NCBI GenBank assembly: GCA_002633005.1
Contig: NMRA01000556.1
Span: forward strand, 207,820-271,819
From: Phoronis australis
Lineage: Eukaryota; Animalia; Phoronida
DNA length: 64,000 nucleotides
Reading direction: 5' to 3'
Positions 52,985-64,000 of the stretch are shown here, piece by piece; positions within the stretch are counted from its first letter, which is position 1, and each line of letters begins with the position of its first letter. The notes beneath the pieces were generated by a model. That model was not told where the DNA came from, ran no database searches, and was given only the letters and a program-made list of their open reading frames with translations. The position numbers and the translations under genes were made by a program.

Positions 52985-55232
52985 TTCGCAAGCCACAGGC
53001 GGAGGATATCGGGCCAAAGAAAGAAACATATTTTTACGTTGGAGCGCATTTTAGAACTCGGCTGAACATGAGATGACCGAACCGGACCCCGATTGCCGTG
53101 TAAGATATATGTACAAGACTTTTGGAGCTTGACAAGACGGAGTGTAAAGAGGTGAGCACCGATGCGATCATTCAATTAACATTGAGAGATGGAGTGCTTC
53201 CAATTTTACTTCTACATTCGTTCCAGTCAAGAAACACATCGGACTAACGTCTACACAGTCTGAATCCAAAACAACCCGAAAAGATAATGAAACGTAGGGA
53301 TTATGCCGAACACGTTCAACTGCACGTATTATTTATTCTTGCACAGGATGTGACAAGTGCACGACCTAAAAAAGAATTCATAAGTTCATTTTCCAAACCC
53401 TTTAAGTTTCTTTAATCAAAAATATCTTAATTCTGGATTGATATTTAATTAAGTATGCCTGAAATTACTTAATATTAACAACTGCCTCACATCACTAACC
53501 ATACAGTACCATCCTCACATAATTTTGTACTTCAAAAATAGAAGAGCGTAGCTAAAAAGTTGCTTATCGGACACTCCTTACCTATCTTCACCCTTTGAAG
53601 GACGAACTTTTATGACTCCTTTGAAGAAATTAGAAAGTGTCACAAATAATTGTATACATAATCAAGACTGCCAAAGTGCAGTCGAGTTTGATTTCCGGAA
53701 TGCCGCAGACCTCTAACCTGCGGAGTTACTGAAAACTTCTACCAATGTGCCCATCTTTCAAAACTGATGGTTAAGGCGTTTTTACATGGCATAAATCTAC
53801 GAAACCCTACACAATATCACAGCACTGTACAAAAAACATGGCATGGTAGGATCATGATGCGAGATGAACACACTATCTCCGAAGTCCGACTTCGACTACA
53901 TTCCTGGCATTCCTTCACGTGAATGTTTTATCAAGAAGATTATGTCTAGAGAAGAACTAGAGACGAGCGTAGACACAGCTTGGAAAATTCAACGAAACAC
54001 TCTAACAATGCAACACTGCCATCTTTGACAATGCTACGTGTAAAGAAAATGCCTAAACTGGACACGTGCCTATTGAGTAGCTTACCACGTTGGGTTACAT
54101 TCAGTGGAGGCCAAAAATTGCTCGATCAAATGAACCAAACATTTTAGGAGTTTGACAAGAACATGCAAGTATTCGAACAGTGGCAGATTTTGGATGCTAT
54201 ATAGGGAAGGGGGCAACCGCAGTTTTGAGAGAAAACATCTATCTAAGCCCTAATACGTCATGCTGACGGCATTGTTGTTTTTCCCTTTTTGATCATGCAC
54301 GCCATTCTCTCCGGAGAAATGACATTATTAATTCTTTGTAACGTGTTCGTAACGTAGCCTGTCCTAATTTCGTAGCCTGTGCTACGCAAATAATCGTTTA
54401 ACGTAATTTATCAACTTATTTGCATGCATGCAGCATGTGCATTCAGTAGACCCAAGGAATTTGCAAAACCGCAAGATCACACCACAGTTCTCGAGATACC
54501 GCCATGCATTACTGTCGGAACACGCTATCTTTCTCGCAAGTGTCTTGCGAGCTATGTTCCGTAGACCAGTTTTGCGCATGCAATAAAATGGAAATAAATT
54601 AGTAGCATTTTAAAGAGTGTCGCGAATTCGCAAAAATGTTTGTCGCGGGAGCAGTGCGGACCACTGTTCAAAATCCAATTGCTCTGTTGCAAACGTAGCT
54701 TTTTGAATTCCGGCATTCTATCTTGGCAGCGACAAACAGGTTCATATTAAAGACCTAACGGGTGGGGCCTTAGCTCCTTCGCAACTTCGGTTAAAAATTC
54801 CATCGACGTCCGCCAATAACTGTTTTAATTAAAACCGAAGAGCCAAATGACTGCAGACTGACAAACGCGAAAACATACTTAACCTCGTTTCGGGTCTTAC
54901 TTGGGGAGGATGAACGATTCGCGACCTGTAGTAATCCTTTCGATGACGCAAGAGTTAAAGGGGAGTAAACCCGCACGGTCTGTTGAAAAAACATTTGATT
55001 TGGGCCCCTTGCCTTATAAAATCAGCCTCGAATTGTACCTTGCTGAGGTTAGTCACGGCTTGCAGCATAACTGGTACTGTAGGTGATTGCTTCATGTCAG
55101 GCCTTATTGGGTTGTTTGAGTGGTTAAATTCAGTGACCAGTGCAGTATGGCCGTCCGGGTAATTTTAGGCGATTTTTTTATGTGCAAGTTCTATTCAAAC
55201 AATGGATAAGAACGCGATTACGTTGACTTGGA

Positions 55233-55405
55233 CATGGGCGCACCCGGGGGGGGGGGAGTCGGGAGGCTCAAATGAGCCCCCTATTTGGCGAAGGCAGGGA
55301 CTTCCAAAAGTCGGCGAATGCACAATAGGGTAACCCGCTAATCTTAGTAAAAGATCCACATTCCCCAACATTAGAGCCCCCATTTTTAGGCTGGGTGCGC
55401 ACGTG
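55233..55405 (+). mobile_element. MITE of the same family as 5296-5550
   Basis: TIRs catgggcgcaccc / gggtgcgcacgtg; flanks TTGGA / TTGGT (4/5 match, 5-bp TSD). Confidence 0.75.
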
Positions 55406-58400
55406 TTGGTACAGCAAATATACCTGTAACAGTGAAGATAGTTAAATGTTTCCGACCATAGTTTATAGCGTCACAACCCTTTCCCCTTTCGTACTGTAGT
55501 CTGGAAAGAGCGTCCACGCACTTTGCAGACGGTTTTGAAACGCGAGTTTTTACTTTTACTGACTCATTGACAGTTCACATTGGCAAAACATCGTCCCATC
55601 GCTTTTGTTTGTGCAGTCGGACTCAAGGAACCGTCATTGGTGAAAATAAATAGTCGATATTCGTAGTCAAGATGAAATAGAAATTACACATGTAGATAAA
55701 CAATGATTTGAAATCATTTTCACACATTTGCATGCATAAGCATGAATAATATAAATGTCCCCATATGTCTAGATTTAATCCCACAAGTATCGTCTAGGAG
55801 ATAATTGTCGCTCAGTACTCACCCAGTGTCCAGGTTTTAACGTAGCTCGACGTCGGAAACCATGATCAGAAAAACGAATTAAGACAAAACAGCATGTAAT
55901 TACAGACACGATGATTCATGTGCAGTGTGAGCGCATTCTGTCATAGCTACTGTGGGACTGTGAACGATAACACACAAGTATGAACAATTCTTTACATAAG
56001 CATCGGCACCTTGAACTACATGGCGCTAGATTCATACTTACTGAATATTGAATCAAGTTATTCCAAGCGCAATCCATGTCAGAAACAAATTCTTGGGGCA
56101 AATGAAAAAAAGCTTGACTCAGTGGCCTAGCCGGGTTAATTTGGCGATAAGACAGAATTCATTAAGAAAATCCCTGACTCCATTTGTCAAATACTGAGAC
56201 TTAAAGAACAGAGCTGACGCTAGATATACAACGACCGAGGGCCAATTAACTTCAATCAACAAGCACTGAATTAGATGTAGAGACAGAAATATCATCGAGT
56301 TATCGCCACTGTTCTGCGCAAGGCGACTTATGGGTGATAAAACGTCATTTGAAATCTTAAATACGCAGAAGTAATTCTCATTTTTACTCCATAATTCGAA
56401 CATAAAAAATAACGAATTGAGCTCAAATGATTTTCGTTTAACTTCGTTCCATGTTTTCCGCATATTTCAAATGGTGTTCGTGGCTTCCAAGAACTGTGAA
56501 GAACTCTGAAGTCACCGGCAGATATGTTATGAAACATCATGCGTGACTCGTCGGTTGTGCTCGTCCGCCTGTCACCACCGCACGGATAAGACGCAGCGCG
56601 ACTACAAGCTCATTCATGTGCCGTTTTGTGAGTCGGCGCAGAATTTATTAATAATTTAATTTAAAGAGAACCAACTCCATTGTCTGTTTGAAGTTTTACG
56701 ACACCACAAATAAGTAGACAGGTATCAATTATTGTGGTAAGCGTGCCTGAATTTCCGTAAAACATTCCAAAAATTGTCACGTTCTGTTTTATACTGGTTT
56801 ATAGTACTGACACAATTGCCCATAATTTTACTATGACCATTTGAAGACAACTGCTCGAGACATCAATCAACTCTACTCACTACTAATTTCTATTAAAACG
56901 ATTTCACAAAATAAAACTACGTGTCTGCAACAATGACAATTAAATTCAATAATTATCGTCGTAACCTTTGCAAAAACACAGCAAAGTGCGACCACTGAAT
57001 TGCATTCATAGTAGAATTTGCTCGGTCCACAAAAACTAAAGTTACATACAGTGTACACTATATACCACGTGTTAGTTCCACCATAAGGGTTCATGTTATC
57101 GTCTTCTATTTGAGCACGTACAATCAATATCCCATTACACCAAGCTACTTATAAACACATATCGCTTGGTATGAGCAGGGTTCCATCTGTCGCACTAAAT
57201 TTCAATAACACTTGATTAATCCCTGAATTTCGAAGACACAGTCTCCACACTTTGTTGTTATGTTGTAAATATTGAATGACACACAACGCGACTCCATCAC
57301 AAATGTTGAGCCTGTCCATTTGACGATGCGGAATCGGTGAGATATAAGAAATGACAGTCGCTAACCAGATCCTCGATAGTGTTTACGATATTGATGTAAA
57401 TGGCAATCAGTCATAACTTGTGCTAAGAACGTTCTCTAATAATGGTAATACCGACATGTATTTTTCATTATTCATGTGCACCAAATGCACAAGGCATCCT
57501 AATACGTCCGATGACTTCACTGGCCTACCTGTTGGCAGTAGACAATTACCCGTTCAGCACCAATGGATATAACGTCGTTTAAAACATGTGCAAGGGGATA
57601 ACAATGTCGATATTTTAATACTGTTAGTATGTGTGCCAAATTTTACAAGATCACTCTTCGGACCACCTAAACTCCGTTAATTGTTTCTGCGGCCAGGGTC
57701 TGTTACCTTCATCTTTTGAATCATTCACGCCGTGTATCTTAAAGCAAAGCGCAATCTTGAAGATTTCGTCAACTGAGTTACATTTATTTTTTGTAGAAGT
57801 AACATAATGTGGAACTTGTTCTTTTATAAGTAGTCTCATACGTCAGCATGGCCATGACATTCCGTCAACAAGTTTGAAAACTGAAAGTTGCCGGTACCGA
57901 ATCTAGAATGCACAGGGTTACATGTGTATGGGCTTTTCTAAACATAGGTACTGGACGAAGTCGTACCTTTGGCTATCCTTTTTCGCATACGTTTAGGGGT
58001 GTTCCGCGGTACCTGATAATGAAAGCGGATAAACACTTCTCCAAAGGACGGAACATTCATATCTGACAAAAAAAAATATGCTAATTAGTGGGGAAAGCTA
58101 GATAAAGTTCCATAAATATGAGAACTTTTGATTATGGGATAAAAGTAGTAATAGCAACTTGTTTGTTTAAAAGTTTCTTGAATACAATCTGTTAATACAT
58201 GTACATACTGGCGGCGGTGAGCTGCCTCGTGATATCTAAGGGACCGGTGAGTTGACAAAAATCGTGTAGCTAATGTTAACCAATCGTTATGTAGGGAACT
58301 GTTACAATTTTAAGATGCATGATCTCATTAAATTGTGATTATGCACATGAAGTATTAACCATCAAACAACTCCGGGAATCCCAGTACGCAGGAAGCCATA

Positions 58401-58609
58401 CGAAATTCTCGTTTTGCGACACTATTTCTGTGTACATGAGTATGGTGGCTCACGGAGGACGAAGACCCGATGCCGGCCAAGAGAACAAAGAAGGCATGTA
58501 ATTTCATTTTGTCGCCACCTTGGACGACATTCAACATCACTCCATCTTGTGTCTTTGGTAGAGCTAATTCCACAACGCCCACAATTCTTAGGACGACACA
58601 GGAATGCCT

Positions 58610-60100
58610 GAGCACAGCAAAGTGAATAAATACACAGTTTTTATCATTTGTTTACTTCACTATCAAATAACGATTGCGTAATTTTGGAATCGCATGTTTT
58701 TACGTGCATCAGTTGCTTTGCATTTTTAAACCGCATTTTACTTACAACATTTTTCTTTCTCCGGTTATATTTGTACACGCAGTTCTCTAGGAAGTCACTA
58801 GGTGAAGCTTAATGTAAATTTATTAAAGGAGCTTCGATTCAAAGCTTGGGACAGCAGATGAGGCGTTTGGTTATTAATCCTTAAAGTTATCCCTACAGAG
58901 GGTGCTACTATAGTTACACGTCGTAGTTGTTACTGCATCATTCAACAGCAGGTCTGGACTATTGAAATTAATGGTTAGTACGCAACGATCTAGTATTTTA
59001 TCGTTCCTTTTCCGCCCATGCACAATCACAGAGCATAACTGCTGTTTTAACTGCACAATAGGAGGCGTGTTCACTAGTATATAATTTCAGTTGTTTTGAA
59101 TACTACAAGACCAGCTAAGTCTTAATTGTTCCCACGTCTTCTCAGAGTGATAATTACTCATACCACGGCATAATTTGCCGTTCTCTTCCAATTATTCGAG
59201 ACCGGGATGGAAAAACCGATTATCATCGTCCATTGTTTTTCTCCGATGAATCGCGTTTGCAACGCTGTTGGATGGGCGTCGTAACTGACCTCCGGACAGA
59301 GTGTTGCTAGTGATTGCTATAAGATTTGTCACAACTTGATCCTTACACACGAGAAATGCTTGACATTCCTGGTCTTGAAAAAAAAAACTGGCTGTTAAAT
59401 TCTAACAAGCAATTTCAACTCAACTAAAATATAATCTAAACGCTTCCTAATTTGGGAAGATATATGCACCTTTGCTGGATTAAATTTTAAATTCTAAATT
59501 CTAAATTCAATAAGATACTCGCTTATTTGTGCTGACCTGTTGTTAAGGTCAGGCAACAGATTTATGTGCAAAACCGCTTAATATTCCCTCTAAGATATTA
59601 TAGATTTATACCACTCACCGCTATTTAACTGACCACAACTCATTCTTCTCTCAAACGAGACTACTGCTTTCTGATAATGAAAATAGTTCGTCATTGCCTA
59701 AAACCATGCTCGGTGTATAAAATGGCTGACTTTCACGAGAGAGTGAGATTGTTGAGCTTAGTCCCAAGCATACAGTGCAAAAGAACTGTCTGTTACATCC
59801 GAGCAAAGAAATCATCATTGATGCGGACAAATCGATATGGTAAGTGAATTAAATAAAAAAACAGCTTCAGACGAAAGGTTTGTTTCTTGGCCTAAAAGGT
59901 ATAGACCGGGAAATTTATAAACGCAAACGTTCACCCAACTTGCAAAGAGATATAAAGCGCATCCCACCAACCATTCGCTCTCCCCGTTACCTCAGTACGC
60001 TAACATCGGACACGTTGCTAACATAACACACAGACTAAGCTTAAGACAACCCCATACAAGAGTCATTTGGATGAATGGGTGTCACTTTTTGCCTAACATA
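58610..60100 (+). mobile_element. Highly decayed Tc1/mariner-type transposon remnant
   Basis: LFFSDESRL at 59233-59259 is followed by a frameshifted DGRR (cf. Tc1 VLFSDESRF...DGR). LQRDIKRIPPTIR...HTD* at ~59940-60037 resembles the Tc1 C-terminus LQEEWxxIPxxxIR...GHTRY*. Boundaries are approximate. Confidence 0.45.
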
Positions 60101-60405
60101 GACTCTTTAGACAACCCAAAAGAGAAACAGTTGGATTGGAATGACTGTTGATGTAGACACCACGCGCGCACATCGGCTGATCCGGAACAAACGCAGATTT
60201 TCCGTCGGGTGAACGCTTCCTCAGTGCGATGTGCGAACTTCTGACTTGAAGCCAATCATTCTCAATTTTGAAAGTGGAAAGACTTGCCATATGACTGAAG
60301 TCGCACGCGCGGAGATAACTTACACTTCCGAGAGGAAATACGCGATCCCGTGGTCTGTCTGCCATGCATGTGCCCTACATGTATCCATGCAGTACCTTCA
60401 TTGTT

Positions 60406-61363
60406 CAGTGGCGGTTCTAGGATATCACAGGGGGGGGGCAACATTTTGTCTCTAAACATTCGCTCAAAGTACGATTGTAGATGCGCATAGCACCGAATAG
60501 GGGGAGGTCGGGAGGGCGGTTTGCCCCCCTCCCGCCCAGGAAATGTTTCTGTTTTTTCCTCTAAATATCAAGCATTTTCCTTTATTCCCGAAGTATTATC
60601 CAAGAAAAAAAGGCAAAAAAGAAGGCGCCAACCAGGAAAATCTGCAAGTACCACAGACTCGAACTCACTACCTAGCGGAGAGAGCGCCTGCTTCTGCACC
60701 ACCACGATTTAACTCCTAATGTGACACTAAGAAACTGACTTGTTTATGGTCCACAGCGATTGCTCGTGAAACCTCCTTCTTTTTGTAATGCTTATTACAT
60801 GTTTTATATTTTGTGCAATCAGTTCGTAACAAATTTGTTGTATTTAAAATAGTCTTCACTTGCCCAAAAGAGCAAATCCGCGTTTTGTGTTGGCAATAAT
60901 GACGTGATTGCTTTGGAAATCGCCTTAAGTTAAGATTTGACAAAGAGAAAATTATGAGTTTCTGAGTGATTCACTAAAGCTTTGATTAAAATTGACATCT
61001 TACCAGCAGCTTCCGTTTTTTTCACCATCACTCAGATTTCATTTTCTTTCAAAAATGAAGTAATTTTCTTCATTGCGCAGTGAAGCAGACGACTGAAACG
61101 GAGTCGTAATGCCCAGCGCCACTGCCGGTCGCCTGAGATATCGCGGGAGAGCATACTTAGCCATAGTTCCGTTACGATTGCGCCGTGTTCCGAATTTGAC
61201 ACTTGAAATTGGATCTGAGTTCCCCCACCCGTTTCAGCCGAACAATTTTAATTACCGGAGTTAATTAATAAACTCAACATTTCCTTACGCGCTTGCTGTT
61301 TTATTTTTTTACGGCAGCCAAGGGGGGGGNNNNGCCCCCCGGGCCCCCCTAAATCTGCCTATG
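60406..61363. mobile_element. Non-autonomous DNA transposon with imperfect TIRs and 5-bp TSD
   Basis: Ends cagtggcggttctagg / cctaaatctgcctatg, with G/C-run subtermini. TTGTT flanks both sides (60401-60405, 61364-61368). A short N run lies inside, so contiguity is not certain. Confidence 0.6.
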
Positions 61364-61714
61364 TTGTTTTGGTCAATTTGACAAGTTTGCGTTCCTAAAT
61401 AACCATAGCTTCATGGATCAAATGAAACTCATCGATTGCTTGAACAGAAACATTCATTGACACAAAATTGATTCATTGGAGTTTGAGGTTTGCGACTTAG
61501 TCTTGACTAAATTAGCGCAGCGTGAGACTTTAATTACATGTAATTCAGACACGTGACCTGTATGTAAATACTTATGCGGGATTAAGGCGGAGTCCCAGTG
61601 GAACACAACTTGTTGGTTATCAATAGGGCCATCCCGGAACTCTCCATCGACCCGGAGATAAGAAAGTACGTGATCTCATTTTGGAAATCAGGCACATTTT
61701 CGTGTTTCTCATTG

Positions 61715-61838
61715 ATGCCGGGAAGGCGAAGCTGGAATTTCAGATCACGCATCCACGGGTACTTGTCCAGTTTATCAAAAAGTTCACGTCGGAGTTGCAG
61801 CCCACAGCACAGCAGCAAAAAATGTGCTTCGTTGGCAT
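61715..61838 (-). pseudogene. Frameshifted THAP-like zinc-finger N-terminus (DNA-transposon remnant)
   Basis: MPTKHIFCCCAVGCNSD is followed in another frame by ELFDKLDKYPWMRDLKF. This resembles the THAP start M..CC..GC.SD...F..FP; the rest of the domain is absent. Confidence 0.4.
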
Positions 61839-62439
61839 TGGAAGGACGAGTAGAATATTGTAACCAAAAATCTTGTAAAGAATCAGAAAACAACAACGGT
61901 CCCTCATTGCCAACTTCCATGGTTTCGGTGCCCAACGAAACAAAATATAAAGCCTGTGCTACTCATAATATAATCACTCAATTAGCAAGTCCGTTTGCAG
62001 TAATCACCGGCCGGCAATTCTGAAACTTCGACAACAATGAGTCACGTCACCCCATTATCCCTGCATGCACTGCAAGGTGGCAGGGAACGGCAAAGATTAA
62101 ATGTGAGGTAACCGTGTGTACACGTTTTAGTGAAAACGACGCTATAATGTTGTTTTTCTATAATAATGGGTCATTATTGGCGAAAATCTAAGGTTTCTGA
62201 AATTAAACTTAGCACAGAATCAATATTGAAGCTGTGCTGTTGCAGGCTAACGCTCTACTGGTAGAGACGCTCTACTGGTAGAGCGTGTAACAGGTAAAGA
62301 GGCCGGTAAATGCCTGTCTGACAACGCTGATAATTGGCTAACCGAATAACTTCGATAGGTTATCCCATCCAACTATAACCCTAATGACACTTTAAAGTGA
62401 CATAATTGAATCGGACATTTTAACCAGCACTGCCTTTGG

Positions 62440-62965
62440 ACTGACCACACAATATATATTCTACACCTAGCAGGAGTGTACTGGTCACACAGCATATATT
62501 CTACACCTAGCAGGAGTGTACTTGCCATACAGTATATATTCTACACCTAGCAGGAGTGTACTGGCCATACAGTATATATTCTACACCTTGCAGGAGTGTG
62601 CTGACCACACAGTATATATATTCTATACCTAGCAGGAGTGTAGTGGTCACACAGTACATATTCTACACCTAGCAGGAGTGTACTGGCCATACAGTATATC
62701 TACACCTAGCAGGAGTGCACTGGCCACACAGTATATATTCTACACCTAGCAGGAGTGTACTGGCCATACAGTAGGCCTATATATGCTACACCTAGCAGGA
62801 GTGTACTGGCCATACAGTATATATTCTACACCTTGCAGGAGTGTGCTGACCACACAGTACATATTCTACACCTAGCAGGAGTGTACTGGCCATACAGTAT
62901 ATATTCTACACCTTGCAGGAGTGTACTGGCCACACAGTATATATTCTACACCTAGCAGGAGTGTA
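62440..62965. repeat. 40-bp minisatellite, ~13 copies
   Basis: Unit ctacacctagcaggagtgtactggccatacagtatatatt starts at 62461, 62501, 62541, 62581 and onward, with small indels and no unique spacers. Confidence 0.95.
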
Positions 62966-63184
62966 GAGCCGTCCACTATATTTCAAGTACATTCAGTTAC
63001 AGTAGGGTTAGTACGCCCAATGATGTGCTTCCTAACTCTGGAAATATAGAGTCTTCCCTTCAGCGCAATGAGTAGCAGGGTCAACGCCTTGGGGAGACAT
63101 AAATGTGCCATCCCTTACCGTTTGGATATACATGTACACTGTGCCGCTTATAATATACGAGAACGACTTCCTCGAACAAGCGAT

Positions 63185-63770
63185 AAACATGAAGCGCCGA
63201 AGAGTTCTGAAACGAGTTCCTTTCTGCGCGTATAAATGTGCTTGATACACGCGCACTTTTAATCAGTTCGTAAAATTCAATCACGCCCGTGCTCTCAAGT
63301 CACAAAATATGAGAAGACTTTCGACATGTGTTCAAGGTATGAAGCGCCAAAGGGTTCCTCAATCAGTACATTTCTGCGCGTAGAAATGTGCTTAATCTAC
63401 GCGTACTTTTTATTTAATCTACGCGAACATTCGGTTGATCCAGGCGTAGTTTTATTTCTTAAAGGATCATGGTTCTGTTATTAATCAGCAAAGTTAATGG
63501 CGCTATCATCCACCTAACAAGAATATGCAACATTCTTCAAAATTTGCCTTTCTATGAAGCGCCAAAGGATTCTTTAACAAGGACATTCCTTTGCGTAGAA
63601 ATGTGCTTAATCTACAAGTACTCAATTGCTTAACCTACGCGTACGTTTAGTTCTTAAAAGAGCGGAACGATGAAAGAACTAAAAGTACGTGTACGTTCAG
63701 CAAGAATGTGAGTAGATTAAGCACATTTGTACGCGCAGAACGGTACTCGTTTAAGAACCATTTGCATGCC
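63185..63770. repeat. Cluster of diverged ~70-bp repeat cores, three direct and one inverted
   Basis: atgaagcgcc.aag.gttc....ttctgcgcgta.aaatgtgctt.at..acgcg at ~63189, ~63339 and ~63554; reverse-complement copy at ~63710-63765. Confidence 0.7.
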
Positions 63771-63799
63771 TTGAAATTGTGTAATTTCACGAAAACCGG

Positions 63800-64000
63800 T
63801 TTTATTATGCGCCCACATATAAATATTTATATGTGGGCGCATTATGCCGTCTTCTCCGTCTGTCCGTTCGGCGTCCGTCCGGCGTCCGTCCGTCCGGCGC
63901 CCGGAGTCCGGCGTCCGCTGCTCTATCTTCAAAGCGCCTTAACGTATGTTCATGAAATTTTGCACATCTGTTCCTTCGGACGGATTCGACTACCGGAGTG
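63800..64000 (+). mobile_element. 5' end of a non-autonomous Helentron-type element (HINE/DINE-1-like), running off the window
   Basis: A T-rich start is followed by a perfect 36-bp palindrome atgcgcccacatataaatatttatatgtgggcgcat (63807-63842), a degenerate (GTCC)n microsatellite and ttcatgaaattttgcaca. This is the known HINE layout. Confidence 0.7.

Noticed and set aside
53600-54220. Coding-like decayed stretches (also ~32650-32880, 38800-39280, 45700-46300)
   Set aside because: Multiple stops and no motif I can assign; possibly old transposon debris.
62440-62965. CRISPR-like array
   Set aside because: Units are contiguous with no unique spacers, there are no cas genes, and the context is eukaryotic; it is a minisatellite.

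Overview
This is AT-rich (~40% GC) animal genomic DNA, probably from an invertebrate. It has GT-AG introns, many decayed transposons and single-N scaffold joins; no prokaryotic operon, CRISPR array, rRNA or intact tRNA was found. Two spliced genes were reconstructed by hand. (1) A + strand 4-exon gene (8565-14039) encodes a ~216-aa secreted CTHRC1-family protein in which a heptad/coiled-coil segment replaces the collagen triple helix. (2) A - strand 11-exon gene (46551-19018) encodes a ~795-aa type I membrane receptor: signal peptide, 4 PAN/apple domains, 2 CUB domains, Ser/Thr stalk, TM helix and a cytoplasmic FANPLY (FxNPxY) motif. There is also a probable terminal exon of an upstream gene (375-706) and a small secreted-type ORF (7975-8274). 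The rest is intron/intergenic DNA with MITEs (several with 5-bp TSDs), a fold-back element, decayed Academ-like, Tc1-like and THAP remnants, a Helentron-type (HINE) element end, mini/microsatellites and a ~1-kb duplication that is probably an assembly artefact. The octamer TACATGTA is strongly over-represented. Most ORFs in the supplied track look spurious. All models are manual and lack transcript support.
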